A stretch of DNA of 64,000 nucleotides from an uncultured Acidobacteriota bacterium (lineage in GTDB: Bacteria > Acidobacteriota > Vicinamibacteria > Fen-336), in contig OY970399.1 in NCBI GenBank assembly GCA_963720545.1, positions 3,168,001 through 3,232,000 on the forward strand, written 5' to 3'. This document shows positions 34,629-45,117 of this stretch, in pieces. The stretch's first letter is position 1. Each line of letters begins with the position of its first letter. The position numbers and the translations under genes were made by a program. A model generated the notes under the pieces. It was not told the origin of the DNA. It did not search any database and saw only the letters and a list, made by a program, of their open reading frames with translations.

Positions 34629-34979
34629 GTGCACGCCTTCATCACCGGGATCGCCATCAGGATCGGGCAATATTTCTGGCACCGCAAGCTGCTCATGGCA
34701 GCGAGCGCCATCCTGTTGGTCGAGCTGTTCCTGCGCTACGTCCTGCCGCGCTCGCGGGCGTATTCACTGTGGACCCGGGCTTTCCAGGCGGTCGGCAAGG
34801 TATGGACGGTGGTGCTTCTCTCCATCATCTATCTGTTGTCAGTCGGCCCCATCGCCGTGGTCATGCGTCTCCTGGGCAAGGACATGCTCGACAAGCGGGT
34901 CGAGACGGAACCGTCGTTCTGGCGTCATCACGAACCAGGTCCGTTGCCGCCGGCGGCCGCCGCGCGACACCAGTTCTGA
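34629..34979 (+). CDS. SxtJ-family membrane protein
   Basis: Hydrophobic 116-aa ORF with PIAVVMRLLGKDML, SFW and a QF end, directly upstream of the carbamoyltransferase. Confidence 0.75.
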   Translation: MHAFITGIAIRIGQYFWHRKLLMAASAILLVELFLRYVLPRSRAYSLWTRAFQAVGKVWTVVLLSIIYLLSVGPIAVVMRLLGKDMLDKRVETEPSFWRHHEPGPLPPAAAARHQF

Positions 34980-34988
34980 GGTGAAGTG

Positions 34989-36731
34989 ATGAACGTGCTG
35001 GGGATTTCCTGCTTCTATCACGACGCCGCCGCGGCCCTCCTTCGCGATGGTGAGGTCGTGGCCGCCGCCCAGGAGGAGCGCTTTACCCGCAAGCGCCACG
35101 ACGCCGATTTTCCGATGAATGCCGTGAAATACGTGCTGCGTGAGGGCGGCATCACCGTCGACCAGATCGACTCGGTCGGGTTCTACGACAAGCCGATCCT
35201 GAAGTTCGAACGCATGCTGACGACCTACGTCGCGACTTTCCCGCGCTCGTTCGGTTCCTTCCGCAAGGCCCTGCCGGTCTGGGTCCACGAGAAGCTGTGG
35301 ACACCGTCGGTGATCCGCAAGAAGCTCGCGCCATACAAGGGCCCGATCCTGTTCGCCGAGCACCACATGAGCCATGCGGCATCGGCGTTCCTGGTTTCGC
35401 CGTTCGAGGAGGCCGCGATTCTCACCGTCGACGGCGTCGGCGAGTGGGCGACCTCATCGTTCGGCGTGGGCCACGGCACCGACATCAAGCTGCACGAGGA
35501 GATTCGCTTCCCGCACAGTCTCGGCCTGCTCTACAGCGCCTTCACCTACTACCTCGGCTTCAAGGTCAACAGCGCCGAGTACAAGGTGATGGGTCTGGCA
35601 CCGTACGGCAAGCCGGTGCACTTCGACCGGATCATGAAGGAGATGGTCCACCTGCAGCCGGACGGTTCTTTCAAGCTCGACATGAAGTACTTTGCGTACG
35701 ACTACGGCCTGCGCATGACCAGCGGCGCCTTCGACGAGTTCTTCGGCGGGCCGCCGCGCGTTGGCGAATCGCGGATGAACGAGCGCGAGTTCGACATCGC
35801 CGCCTCGGTGCAGAAGGTCTGCGAAGAAGTGGTGCTGCAGATGGTGCGCCACCTCCACCAGACCACCGCGCTCACCGACTTGTGCATGGCCGGCGGCGTG
35901 GCGCTCAATTGCGTGGCCAACGGCAGGGTGATCCGCGAGACGCCGATCAAGCGGTTGTTCGTGCAGCCCGCCGCGGGCGATGCCGGCGGCGCGGTCGGGG
36001 TGGCGCACTACATCTACAACACCCTCGAGAAGAAGCCGCGCGGCAAGGCGTGGACGCACTCTTACCTTGGACCCGAGTACAAGGATGCCGAGATCACCGA
36101 GTACCTGCAAAGCGTCGGCGCCAGCTACGAAACCCTGTCGGACGCCGAACTGGTGCAGAAGACCGCCAGGCTGATGTCGGAAGGCAGCGTGGTCGGCTGG
36201 TTCCAGGGCCGCATGGAATTCGGACCGCGGGCCCTCGGCGGTCGCAGCATCCTCGCGGATCCGCGCGACCCGAAGATGCGCGACACGCTCAACATGAAGA
36301 TCAAGTTCCGCGAGGGTTTTCGCCCGTTCGCGCCGTCGGTGCTCGCAGAGAAATCGAGCGAATGGTTCGAGATGGATTGCGACAGCCCGTTCATGCTGCT
36401 GGTGGCGCCGGTGCGCGAAGGCAAGCGCGTGATCCCGGCGGTCACCCACGTCGACCATTCCGCGCGCGTCCAGACCGTGACTCGCGAGGACAGCCCGCTG
36501 TATTTCGCCCTGATCGAGGAATTCGGCCGGCTGACCGGGGTGCCGATCGTCATCAACACGTCCTTCAACGTGCGCGGCGAGCCGATCGTATGCACCCCGC
36601 ACGATGCCTACATGTGCTTCATGCGCACCAACATGGATATCCTGGTGGTCGGCCATCAGTTGTTGCTGAAGCCGAACCAGCCGCCGCTGAAGGAAGACAT
36701 CGACTGGCGAGCGCTGTTCCCGCTCGACTAG
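34989..36731 (+). CDS. O-carbamoyltransferase (NodU/CmcH/TobZ family)
   Basis: [82 protein letters not shown]. Confidence 0.95.
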   Translation: MNVLGISCFYHDAAAALLRDGEVVAAAQEERFTRKRHDADFPMNAVKYVLREGGITVDQIDSVGFYDKPILKFERMLTTYVATFPRSFGSFRKALPVWVHEKLWTPSVIRKKLAPYKGPILFAEHHMSHAASAFLVSPFEEAAILTVDGVGEWATSSFGVGHGTDIKLHEEIRFPHSLGLLYSAFTYYLGFKVNSAEYKVMGLAPYGKPVHFDRIMKEMVHLQPDGSFKLDMKYFAYDYGLRMTSGAFDEFFGGPPRVGESRMNEREFDIAASVQKVCEEVVLQMVRHLHQTTALTDLCMAGGVALNCVANGRVIRETPIKRLFVQPAAGDAGGAVGVAHYIYNTLEKKPRGKAWTHSYLGPEYKDAEITEYLQSVGASYETLSDAELVQKTARLMSEGSVVGWFQGRMEFGPRALGGRSILADPRDPKMRDTLNMKIKFREGFRPFAPSVLAEKSSEWFEMDCDSPFMLLVAPVREGKRVIPAVTHVDHSARVQTVTREDSPLYFALIEEFGRLTGVPIVINTSFNVRGEPIVCTPHDAYMCFMRTNMDILVVGHQLLLKPNQPPLKEDIDWRALFPLD

Positions 36732-36746
36732 GCGGCACTACCCCGG

Positions 36747-37898
36747 CTAGCGCGCCGCGGCGCGCTCGAGAGCGCGCCGATACACCTCGAGGGTGCGCGC
36801 CGCCACCACCGCCGGATGGAAGCGCTCGGCGGCGATGCGCCGCCCGGCGGCGCTCATCGCGGCGGCGAGCGGTGGTTGTGAGAGCACTGCCTCGAGGCGC
36901 GCCGCCACGTCCGCCGGGTCATGCGGATCGACGAGAAAGCCCGACTCGCCGTCGCGCACCATGTACGGCATGCCGCAGCGATTCGAGGTGACCACCGGGA
37001 TCGCGGCGGCCATCGCCTCCTCGATGCCCATCGGCGAGTTCTCCTCGAGCGAGGTCAGTGCGAAGACGGCGGCAGTCTCGAGTTCCGCGCGCACCTGTTC
37101 GTAGGGGATGAGGCCGAGGCGCACCACCGAGTCCTGCAGCCCGTGCGCTGCGACCGCGGCTTCCAGTTCCCGGCCGTACTGCGCGTGCGCCACCTTGCCA
37201 GCGAGCCGCAGCTGTGCCGCGATGCCGCGCTCGCGCAGGCGCTGCAACGCCTGCACCAGCACCAGGGTGTTCTTGCGCGGCGAGATCTCTGCGGCGCAGA
37301 AGATCCGGCCGGGAACCACGCGCCTTGCGACCGTGAAGAAGTCCTCGCGGATCGGGTTGTCGATGTCGTGGACGATCGCGCCGGTGCGCCCCGTGAGGAA
37401 CTCGCGGACGTACGGGCTGATCGAGACGATGTGCTGCTTGTCGGCCCAGCCGCGCACCTCGAACGGCTTCCAGACCTGGGCGCGCAGCCACGGCAGCTTG
37501 TTGCCCGAGACCAGCGTGTCCTTGTGGATGAAGCCGTGGACGGTGAACACCCGCGGTGCCGGAAGCGGCAGGCCGTTCACCATCATCCCGTAGGTGTCGT
37601 GCGCGTGCACCAGGTCGGGCTTCAGTTCGAGCAGGCGTGCGCTTACCTGGCGGCGGCCGGGGCCGATGGCGTTGCGCAGCACCGAGACGCGCGGCTGCGG
37701 CAGGCGGTGGATGGTGACGCCCTGCCACGCAGCCTCCTGCGGCGACTCGACCGACGGATCCTGGGTCACCACATGCCAGTCGATCTGCGGCGCGGCGCGG
37801 GCGAGATACTCGACCAGCGTGACGCTCACCGACTGCACGCCGCCGGACGGCCGCCCGGGATCGGCGGGGAAGCTGGTGACGACGGCGATGCGGGTCAC
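36747..37898 (-). CDS. Glycosyltransferase family 4
   Basis: SGGVQ, PDLVHAH, ISPRKN, EENSPMGIEEAMAAAIPVV. GTG at 37898 overlaps the upstream stop. Confidence 0.88.
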   Translation of the reverse strand: MTRIAVVTSFPADPGRPSGGVQSVSVTLVEYLARAAPQIDWHVVTQDPSVESPQEAAWQGVTIHRLPQPRVSVLRNAIGPGRRQVSARLLELKPDLVHAHDTYGMMVNGLPLPAPRVFTVHGFIHKDTLVSGNKLPWLRAQVWKPFEVRGWADKQHIVSISPYVREFLTGRTGAIVHDIDNPIREDFFTVARRVVPGRIFCAAEISPRKNTLVLVQALQRLRERGIAAQLRLAGKVAHAQYGRELEAAVAAHGLQDSVVRLGLIPYEQVRAELETAAVFALTSLEENSPMGIEEAMAAAIPVVTSNRCGMPYMVRDGESGFLVDPHDPADVAARLEAVLSQPPLAAAMSAAGRRIAAERFHPAVVAARTLEVYRRALERAAAR

Positions 37899-39073
37899 GG
37901 ATGCCCGTGCTTTTTGGGCGTTGCCTGGCGGAAAACCTGCTCGAATCGCGGCATCACACTTTCGAAGGCGTGATTCTCCACGAAATAGCGGCGCGCGTTC
38001 TGCGAGGCCTGCGCCCACGCGGTGGGCGCGCCCAGCAGCCGCCGCAGCGCCGCCGCGAGCCCCGCGGCGTCGCTCGCGAACTCGCCCAGGGAGCGCGCGG
38101 CGATCAGGCCGTCGGGGTCCACGGTCGAGACGATCGGCAGGCCATGGCTCCACGCTTCGAGGAACGTGTTGGGGAAGCCCTCGAACTCGGACGTGCAGCA
38201 AAGCGCCTGGCGGCCCTGGTAGAAGTCGTCGAGCTGGTGGCGCCGCAGCCGGCCGACCACGGTCACGTTTGCGGCCGCGGCGGCGCGCTCGCGCAGCGCG
38301 GCCGAGTAGGCGCTGTCCTGGTCCCACGGTCCGGCGACGTCGAACTCGATCTCGGGGACGAGCGCCGCCACCTCGAGCAGCAACTCGAGGCGTTTCACCG
38401 GCGCCACCCGGCCGATCCACGCGACCCGGACCCTGCCGGCGTGCGGCGGCGCGGGCGGCACGTACGCGGCATCATCCGGCCCCTCGCACGGCATCGGGAT
38501 CATGATCGATTCGCGTGCGAACCCGTCGCGCAGCATCTGCTGCTGGCGGCGCGTCTGCACCACGACTTGATTCGCGCGGCGCAGGCCGTGGCGATAGAGG
38601 ACGCGCTCGCGCACCGTGCGCAGCGCGGGCAGCGCCGGATCGCAGTCGGGATCGCTCGCGACAGAATAGACGAAGCCGCGGCCGTTGCGTCGCGTCCAGA
38701 ACGCCACCTGCCCGGTGACGTACTCGGCCGTGTTCTGGTAGTACACGGCGGCGTTGGCGCGGCGCATGGCCGCGACCAGGCTGGTCCAGCGCGGCGAGAA
38801 GAAACGCATTCCCGGCAGGCCGGCGCCGCGGCGGCAGGCGGACAGGACGCGCACCGAGTCGAGCGGCTTGCCGTCCTCGTGGCCTTCGTCCCAGGTGATC
38901 ATCGAGACATCGTGGCCGCGGCGGGCCAGCCAGCGCGCCATGATGCTCTGCTGGTGCTCGATGCCGCCGATGTAGCCCTGCTGCTCGCCGCTCATGGCGC
39001 CGAACGCGTTGTGCGCCACGAAACAGACCGACAGGGGCGGCAACGGCGATGGCGACGACGAGTCCGGCGCCAT
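37895..39073 (-). CDS. Glycosyltransferase family 4
   Basis: GGIEHQ, WIGRVAPVKR, TSEFEGFPNTFLEAWSHGLP. Confidence 0.9.
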   Translation of the reverse strand: MAPDSSSPSPLPPLSVCFVAHNAFGAMSGEQQGYIGGIEHQQSIMARWLARRGHDVSMITWDEGHEDGKPLDSVRVLSACRRGAGLPGMRFFSPRWTSLVAAMRRANAAVYYQNTAEYVTGQVAFWTRRNGRGFVYSVASDPDCDPALPALRTVRERVLYRHGLRRANQVVVQTRRQQQMLRDGFARESIMIPMPCEGPDDAAYVPPAPPHAGRVRVAWIGRVAPVKRLELLLEVAALVPEIEFDVAGPWDQDSAYSAALRERAAAAANVTVVGRLRRHQLDDFYQGRQALCCTSEFEGFPNTFLEAWSHGLPIVSTVDPDGLIAARSLGEFASDAAGLAAALRRLLGAPTAWAQASQNARRYFVENHAFESVMPRFEQVFRQATPKKHGHP

Positions 39074-39085
39074 CGTCGCCGGGAT

Positions 39086-40387
39086 CTAGCGCCGGATGTC
39101 CAGGCCGTACAGGCTCTGGAACGCGGCGTACACGGTTTCCGCCGCGACGCTGGTGATGGTGACGCCGCCCTCGGTCTGCGCCGAGCTGACCGCCTGGCTG
39201 TTCGACTTGTTGCCGGACAGCTCGAGCCGCGCGATGCGGACTGCGTGCAGCGGGTCGAGCGCGCCGCCCGAGATCTCGTTGTCCACCAGGAACCAGTCCT
39301 CGCCGCCAGTGATGTAGATGGACGAGCACTCCCACACGGCGCCGTCGCCGCAGGCCCGCCGCGGCCCGGTCATGTTGCTGATCTGGTTGCGGACCGCATA
39401 CGACTTGCGGTCGCGCGCCTCGCCGCCGAGGTCGCCGCCCGCGAAGATGCCGATGGTGCAGTCGTGCAGGTTGTTGGCGAGGAACCAGACGTTCTCGCTG
39501 CCGTACTGGTAGCCGACGCATGGGCCGGGATTGAACGAGGCGGCGGAGTTGCCGAACACCTCGTTCTCGGAAACGATGATGTCCTTGCCCATCTTGATGC
39601 CGATGCCGCTCTGGTTGGTGGGACCGATCTTGTTCTTGCCGATGTACACGGAGCTGATGGTGCCGCGCCCGCTTTCGTAGGGGTAGGGGTTCACCTGCAC
39701 GCCGTCGCCGCTGTTGCGGTACGCCTCGTTCTCCAGGATCCAGACCCGCCGCGAGCCCTGGCCGGGCGAGATCGCGTGCGCGTCCTGGTCGAAGCGCGCG
39801 TGGGTGTCGCCGCGGTCGTGCACCTTGTTCCTGTAGATGACGATGTCCGAAGCGTCGCCGATGCCGATGCCGGCGCTGGCACCCTGCTGCGAGTACGGGC
39901 CGGAGATGTCGGAGTTGCGCAGCGCGATGTGGTCGCCGGTGAGGCCGATCGTCGCTTCTTCGCCTGCGAACACCAGGCCGTCGAGGATGCACCAGCTGCC
40001 GCGCACCAGCCAGGAGCCGGTGATGCGGTGCCCCTCGCCGCCGACGATGAAAGCGGGCGCGGCCTGGGTGCCGGCGCAATGGATCTCTTCCTCGCCGTGG
40101 GTGCCGCGCACTTCGACGACGGCGCCGGGCCCGACGTTTTGCAGCGCCTCCGGCCCGTCGGCGAACGCGGTGGCGGCGCCGTGGGTCTCCTTCAGGCCAA
40201 GCGGCGGGTCCGGGATGCCGAGGTACTGTCCGCGCACGCCCAGAGAGCCGGTGGCGGATCCGCCGCCCGGCGCGTCCGCGTCGCCGCCGTCGTTCGTGTC
40301 GCTCGCCCCGCAGGCGGACGCGCACAGGCACATGGCCAGGACGACAAGCACTCTTGCAAGGCCCGGAGGCATCTCGAACTTGAACAT
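39086..40387 (-). CDS. Lipoprotein with right-handed parallel beta-helix (pectate-lyase-like fold)
   Basis: Hydrophobic signal ending ASAC, then Asn/Gly-rich coils (YRNKVHD, LENEAYRNSGDG, SENEVFGN, ANNLHD). Start codon uncertain (40402, 40387 or 40372). Confidence 0.75.
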   Translation of the reverse strand: MFKFEMPPGLARVLVVLAMCLCASACGASDTNDGGDADAPGGGSATGSLGVRGQYLGIPDPPLGLKETHGAATAFADGPEALQNVGPGAVVEVRGTHGEEEIHCAGTQAAPAFIVGGEGHRITGSWLVRGSWCILDGLVFAGEEATIGLTGDHIALRNSDISGPYSQQGASAGIGIGDASDIVIYRNKVHDRGDTHARFDQDAHAISPGQGSRRVWILENEAYRNSGDGVQVNPYPYESGRGTISSVYIGKNKIGPTNQSGIGIKMGKDIIVSENEVFGNSAASFNPGPCVGYQYGSENVWFLANNLHDCTIGIFAGGDLGGEARDRKSYAVRNQISNMTGPRRACGDGAVWECSSIYITGGEDWFLVDNEISGGALDPLHAVRIARLELSGNKSNSQAVSSAQTEGGVTITSVAAETVYAAFQSLYGLDIRR

Positions 40388-40398
40388 GACCGTCACCG

Positions 40399-41367
40399 TC
40401 AACGTTCGCCGGGGGCCGGTGCGGCCTCGCTGCTGCGCGCCAGACGTCTTGCGATGCTGGCGCTCACTGCCGCGAACTCGGCCTGCGAAGCGAAGTCCCT
40501 CTCCAGGCGCTGCATGTAGGGCGCCATCTTGCTGCGACGTTCTGCCGAAGAACCGGGGCCGTCCGCGTACATCATCGCGAGGTCGACGACGGTCCAGAAG
40601 TACGAAGGATCCTGGCGCAACGAGAGGAGGTAGAAGTGTTCCGCGGCGTCACGATTCCCCAAGGCATTGTACGCCGCGCCCCGGAGGTAGTCGATGCGTC
40701 CTGGCTTCGCCGGTGACGGCCAGCGCGCCGCAGCGGGCAGGAGCGCGAGGCCCCGTCCGGGCTCGCCGTGCTCGATCAGCCAGTGGGCCGCTTCTGCATC
40801 CGCTTCGCGCCGGTCGCGCAGCCAGCTGGTGCCGAGGGCACCGGCAATGAGGACGCCGGTGAGCAGCGTGCCGGCGAGGCTTCGACCGCGCTCGGCGCCC
40901 GCGGCGCCACGCGGCGTCCGCATGCGCGCGTAGAGCCACGCGGCCAGGGCGAGCGCCGCGAACAGTGCGGTCTCGGCCAGCAGGCCCGCGGGGATCAGGC
41001 CCTGCACCGGGCCGAAGGCGCGCGTCGAGAGCGGCCAGAGCAGCATGCGGTCGCTCGATTGCAGCATGTCGAGCACGTCGTGGAGGGCAATCGAGCCGAG
41101 GGTGATGACGAACGCGGCGCGCCGAGAGACCCCGAGTGCCCGGCGCACCGGGAGGGTGAGCAGAAGCGCGTAAAAAAAACCGCAGGGAAGCGAGTGGCTG
41201 CATGCCCGCGCCGCCGCCACGCCCAGAACAGCCAACACCTGGCTTGCAACATCTGGTGCATACGCCAGGACCGCCAGGGTGAGAAGTGTGAACCGACGTG
41301 TCACCAGACGTTCACCCAGGACCTCCCGGGCCGCAATTGCGGTCAGTCCGTGACCCACTACGGGCAT
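40399..41367 (-). CDS. Membrane-bound metal-dependent hydrolase (YdjM-like) with C-terminal TPR-like region
   Basis: VGHGLT, APDV, SHSL, ALHDVLD, LLWPLS motifs followed by a helical TPR-like segment. Confidence 0.7.
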   Translation of the reverse strand: MPVVGHGLTAIAAREVLGERLVTRRFTLLTLAVLAYAPDVASQVLAVLGVAAARACSHSLPCGFFYALLLTLPVRRALGVSRRAAFVITLGSIALHDVLDMLQSSDRMLLWPLSTRAFGPVQGLIPAGLLAETALFAALALAAWLYARMRTPRGAAGAERGRSLAGTLLTGVLIAGALGTSWLRDRREADAEAAHWLIEHGEPGRGLALLPAAARWPSPAKPGRIDYLRGAAYNALGNRDAAEHFYLLSLRQDPSYFWTVVDLAMMYADGPGSSAERRSKMAPYMQRLERDFASQAEFAAVSASIARRLARSSEAAPAPGER

Positions 41368-41369
41368 AC

Positions 41370-41385
41370 AGTGACGGCCCTCACG
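41370..41385. promoter_or_regulatory. Secondary CRP-like site
   Basis: AGTGA-CGGCCC-TCACG immediately upstream of the ATG at 41367 (- strand). Confidence 0.4.
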
Positions 41386-41483
41386 CGGCGTTCACACCGC
41401 GTCCGGACGTTACTTTCGGTGACGCAGGTGCTTGTGGCAGATTCGATAAACCCCAGCAGGATCATCGAAATACAGGCAGGCAG

Positions 41484-41526
41484 TGTGACAAGCATCACAG
41501 AACTGTCGTAAGCCCTCACCCACAAT
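41484..41526 (+). promoter_or_regulatory. Consensus CRP-family site plus -10 box (class II geometry)
   Basis: TGTGA-CAAGCA-TCACA at 41484-41499. CACAAT at 41521-41526 puts the site centre at -41.5. Confidence 0.7.
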
Positions 41527-41721
41527 GACGGCGCCGACGGTTCAGACGGGCCGCCTGCAATCCATAGAGCAACAGACCGGTCGTTCACGCTGTCTCCAAC
41601 ACGGGGATGCCAGCGATTGAAGCGAAGCGGTGACCCCTCCGGGTGGGAGTTCCTTGTACCGACGTCATCAAGTCTCGAATCTCCTGCGCCGTCAATTAAG
41701 CCGTCAAACCGTGAGTCGCAA

Positions 41722-44295
41722 GTGTTCAATCAATATATTTTGAAGTCGTTCCTGGCCGCCGCTGCCAGCCTTGTCGCTGCTTCCGCGTTTGCACAGTATC
41801 AGCCCCCTCTGGGCATTCCCGCGCCGCCCTTCGGCATCAACGAGCCGAAGCGCGCCGTGACGGCTGTTGCCAATCCTGGCCAGCTGCCTTCAACACTCGC
41901 TGCGGGCGCCGTCGTCGAGGTCCGTGGAAATCATTCTGACGAAACAATCACTTGCAATGGCACCGCCGCAAATCCCGCTTTCCTCGTCGGCGGCGCCGGG
42001 GTGAACCTCACCGGCGACTGGACGATCCGCGGCAGCTACTGCATCCTCGATGGCCTCAAGTTCTCCGGCAGCCATAGCCTCGGCATCCTCGGGAATCACA
42101 TCGCAGTACGCAACAGCGACTCGACCGGCGTGCCCGGCGAAGGCCCGACTGCCGCGTTTGCGAGCGGCGGCGGCGCTTCGGACGTGGTGTTCTACAGGAA
42201 CACCGTGCACGATCACGGCAACGTCAACGCGAACAACGACCAGGACGCCCACTGCATCTCGGTGAGCCTCGATTCGACGCGCATCTGGATACTCGAAAAC
42301 GAGACCTATCGGTGCTCGGGCGACGGCATCAACCTGAACACCTATCCCTACAACACCGCCAACCGCGACCGCATCGGCTTCGTCTACATCGGCAAGAACA
42401 AGAGCCACGACAACAAGCAGAGCGGCATCTGGACGAAGCAGTCGCACGACGTGATCGTTTCGCAGAACGAGGTCTGGAACCATCGCATCGGCAACTCGTC
42501 CTACGGGCAGTGCATCGGCTATCAGTACGGCACCCAGCGCGCCTGGTACCTCTTCAACAACCTGCACGACTGCAACGTCGGCGTCGGCATTTCCGGCGAC
42601 CTTGGCGGGGAAGCGGCGAACCGCGACACCTACATCATCGGCAACACCTTCACGCGCATCACCGGCGCCGGCTGCGGCGGCGGCGTGTGGGACTGCGCAC
42701 CCGTCTACCTCACCGGCGGCGCTCGCTACCACGTGGTCGCCAACACGGCGACCGCCAGCAGCGAGGGCATTCACGCGGTGCGCGGCGGCCCGCTCTATTC
42801 CCTGGGCAACGTCGGCTTGCCGATCGATTCCGAGATCTCCTCGCAGGCGGAGACCGGCGACGTCTACGCGGTTTTCCAGCAGCTCTACGGGATAAGCATC
42901 CGCGGCGCCAACCCGAGTCCGACGCCGACGCCCAATCCGACGCCGACGCCGACGCCTAACCCGACGCCGACGCCGAATCCGACGCCGAGCCCGACTCCGC
43001 GGCCGACGCCGACGCCGACACCCAATCCGACGCCGACGCCTAACCCGACGCCGACGCCGACTCCGAACCCGACGCCGACGCCGAACCCGACTCCGACGCC
43101 GTCGCCGGGCTCCGGTTCGCTCACGGTCGACGATACCTCGGTGGCCGAGCCGCGCACCGGCACGCGTGAAGCCAATTTCGTGGTGCGCCTCTCGCGTCCG
43201 CTCTCCCGCACCGTCTGGGTCGATTACACGACGGTGCCGGGCAGCGCCTCGACGAGCGACTTCGTCCCCGCCTCCGGCCGCCTCTACATCCCGGCCGGAT
43301 CCAGGGAGCGCACCATCGAAGTCGCGGTTCGCAGCGACACCGTACGCGAGACGCCCGAGACGTTCCGCGTGCGGCTCAGCAACCCCAACGGGGCCTCGCT
43401 GGCCCGTGCCGAAGCCGTTGGCCGCATCGTCCAGCCGGGGTCGCTCACCGACTTCGACGGCGACGGCAGGGCCGACCCGACCGTGTTCCGTCCGTCCACC
43501 GGCGTGTGGTGGGAGAACCACTACTACTGGCATCGAGAAGTCCAGTGGGGTGCCTGGAACGACGTCCCGGTTCCCGGCGACTACGACGGTGACGGCAAGA
43601 CCGACCAGGCCTACTGGCGGCCCTCCACCCGCACGTTCTGGGTGAAGTTCAGCAGCAACCAGTCGGTGAACTCGCAACAGCTGGGCGGCGACGGCGACGA
43701 CCCCACGGTCGTTGCCGACTACGATGGCGACGGCAAGACCGATTTCGCCACGTATCGCCGCGGTGACGACGTCGGCGACGACAGCGTCTGGACCATCCGT
43801 CAAAGTTCCGACGGCCAGGTCAAGACGTACCGGTTCGGCAAGGGTGGCGACACTCCCGCGCCGGCCGATTACGACGGTGATGGCAAGGTCGACCTGGCTG
43901 TCCAGCATGGGCCGCGCGATCAACCCGCCGAATTCGTGATCCGCTCCTCCGAAACCGAGGAAGTCAGCACTGTGCCCTTCGGCAACGGCGGCGACGTCGC
44001 TGTCTGCGCGGACTTCGACGGCGATGGCAAGGCCGACGTGGCCGTGTGGAAGGCCGTCGGCGGCCGCTGGCAGGTCCGCCGCAGCGATGGTGGCGGCACG
44101 GCCACGGCTACGCTCGGGCAGCCGGGCGACAAGGTGGTTCCCGCCGACTACGACGGCGATGGACGCACCGACCTCGGGATCTTCCGGCCGTCGACCGGGA
44201 CCTTCTCGTTCTTCTACAGCCGCAATTTCGGAACCAACAGCATCAGGTGGGGACAGGCGGCCGACTATCCGGTCGCGAACTCACTGGCGCACTGA
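41722..44295 (+). CDS. Secreted multidomain protein: beta-helix, Pro/Thr linker, Calx-beta, FG-GAP/VCBS-type repeats
   Basis: Signal peptide ending AFA-Q, beta-helix coils, PT repeats, [11 protein letters not shown]...[11 protein letters not shown]alx-beta, six D(F/Y)DGDG(K/R)xD repeats. Confidence 0.85.
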   Translation: MFNQYILKSFLAAAASLVAASAFAQYQPPLGIPAPPFGINEPKRAVTAVANPGQLPSTLAAGAVVEVRGNHSDETITCNGTAANPAFLVGGAGVNLTGDWTIRGSYCILDGLKFSGSHSLGILGNHIAVRNSDSTGVPGEGPTAAFASGGGASDVVFYRNTVHDHGNVNANNDQDAHCISVSLDSTRIWILENETYRCSGDGINLNTYPYNTANRDRIGFVYIGKNKSHDNKQSGIWTKQSHDVIVSQNEVWNHRIGNSSYGQCIGYQYGTQRAWYLFNNLHDCNVGVGISGDLGGEAANRDTYIIGNTFTRITGAGCGGGVWDCAPVYLTGGARYHVVANTATASSEGIHAVRGGPLYSLGNVGLPIDSEISSQAETGDVYAVFQQLYGISIRGANPSPTPTPNPTPTPTPNPTPTPNPTPSPTPRPTPTPTPNPTPTPNPTPTPTPNPTPTPNPTPTPSPGSGSLTVDDTSVAEPRTGTREANFVVRLSRPLSRTVWVDYTTVPGSASTSDFVPASGRLYIPAGSRERTIEVAVRSDTVRETPETFRVRLSNPNGASLARAEAVGRIVQPGSLTDFDGDGRADPTVFRPSTGVWWENHYYWHREVQWGAWNDVPVPGDYDGDGKTDQAYWRPSTRTFWVKFSSNQSVNSQQLGGDGDDPTVVADYDGDGKTDFATYRRGDDVGDDSVWTIRQSSDGQVKTYRFGKGGDTPAPADYDGDGKVDLAVQHGPRDQPAEFVIRSSETEEVSTVPFGNGGDVAVCADFDGDGKADVAVWKAVGGRWQVRRSDGGGTATATLGQPGDKVVPADYDGDGRTDLGIFRPSTGTFSFFYSRNFGTNSIRWGQAADYPVANSLAH
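42910..43105 (+). repeat. Coding tandem repeat (ccgacg)n, Pro-Thr/Asn linker
   Basis: Encodes [24 protein letters not shown]... Confidence 0.9.
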
Positions 44296-44354
44296 GGCCG
44301 CAAAGGGCTCGACCAGAACCGCGGCGTCCCCCCCAGGGGACGCCCGGCAAACCG

Positions 44355-44383
44355 GCCCGCCTGGCGACAGGCGGGCTTTTTTT
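44355..44383 (+). terminator. Rho-independent terminator
   Basis: GCCCGCCTG-gcga-CAGGCGGGC-TTTTTTT, preceded by a second hairpin GGCGTCCCC/GGGGACGCC at 44323-44344. Confidence 0.85.
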
Positions 44384-44390
44384 CCCTTCA

Positions 44391-44420
44391 TTGACAGCTT
44401 CCTCACCTTCATGACACGAT
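44391..44420 (+). promoter_or_regulatory. Putative sigma70 promoter for the export operon
   Basis: TTGACA, 18-nt spacer containing TG, then CACGAT. Confidence 0.5.
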
Positions 44421-44478
44421 CCGCCGTTCCCCTTCGGCTACCGGCTTGTAGATCGCCTCAATGCCGTATGGATTACCC

Positions 44479-45117
44479 ATGAAGAACTTCCATCCCCTGA
44501 TCCTTTCGAGCCTCCTCTGCGGGAGCGGCAGCGTCGCGTTGGCGCAAGCTCCTGCGGCCAGCCCCCGCCCCGCAGCGGCGGCGCCGGCTTCGGTGCCAGC
44601 CTCGGCACCAGCACCTCGCGATCCGCGCTCCGAATACCGCATCGGCTCCGGCGACGTGCTGCAGGTCTACGTATGGAAGGAACCCGACCTGTCGCGCGAC
44701 GTCACGGTGCGCATGGACGGCAAGATCAGCGTGCCGCTGCTCGGCGATGTCGAGGCGGCGGGGCGCACGCCGCAGCAACTGGGCGCCGAGCTCGCCACCG
44801 GCTGGAGCAAGTTTCTCGCTGCGCCGCAGGTGACGCTGGGCGTCGTCCAGCCGAACAGCACCCGCTTCTACGTTCTGGGCAAGGTCGGAAAGGCGGGCGA
44901 GTTCCCGCTCACCGGACGCGTCACGATCCTGCAGGCGCTGGCGCTCGCCGGCGGCACTTCCGAATACGCCAAGACCGACCAGATCGTGGTGATTCGCCAG
45001 GACCCGGGGCAGGGAGGCCAGACCTTCATCCCGTTCAATTACAAGCGCATCGAGGAAGCCAAGGACATCGCGCAGAACATCCTCCTGCGCCCCGGCGACA
45101 CGATCATCGTCCCGTGA
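44479..45117 (+). CDS. wza: Polysaccharide export OPX (Wza-like) protein, short periplasmic type
   Basis: YRIGSGDVLQVYVW, VRMDGKISVPLLG, YVLGKVGKAG, LQALALAGG. Ends at LRPGDTIIVP with no C-terminal membrane helix. Confidence 0.88.
   Translation: MKNFHPLILSSLLCGSGSVALAQAPAASPRPAAAAPASVPASAPAPRDPRSEYRIGSGDVLQVYVWKEPDLSRDVTVRMDGKISVPLLGDVEAAGRTPQQLGAELATGWSKFLAAPQVTLGVVQPNSTRFYVLGKVGKAGEFPLTGRVTILQALALAGGTSEYAKTDQIVVIRQDPGQGGQTFIPFNYKRIEEAKDIAQNILLRPGDTIIVP

Noticed and set aside
34629..36731. Saxitoxin cluster suggested by SxtI/J/K-like genes
   Set aside because: No sxtA, sxtG or other core genes in the window. This trio is widespread and here sits among glycan genes.
42910..43105. Repeat array resembling a CRISPR or VNTR
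   Set aside because: A 6-nt coding repeat for a Pro/Thr linker, with no unique spacers or cas genes.
44296..44383. Possible c-di-GMP-I riboswitch (GCAAAG, GGGACGC and GGCAAACC words) upstream of wza
   Set aside because: The words are in the wrong order for the aptamer, and the region is explained by a hairpin plus terminator of the upstream gene. An Rfam scan would settle it.
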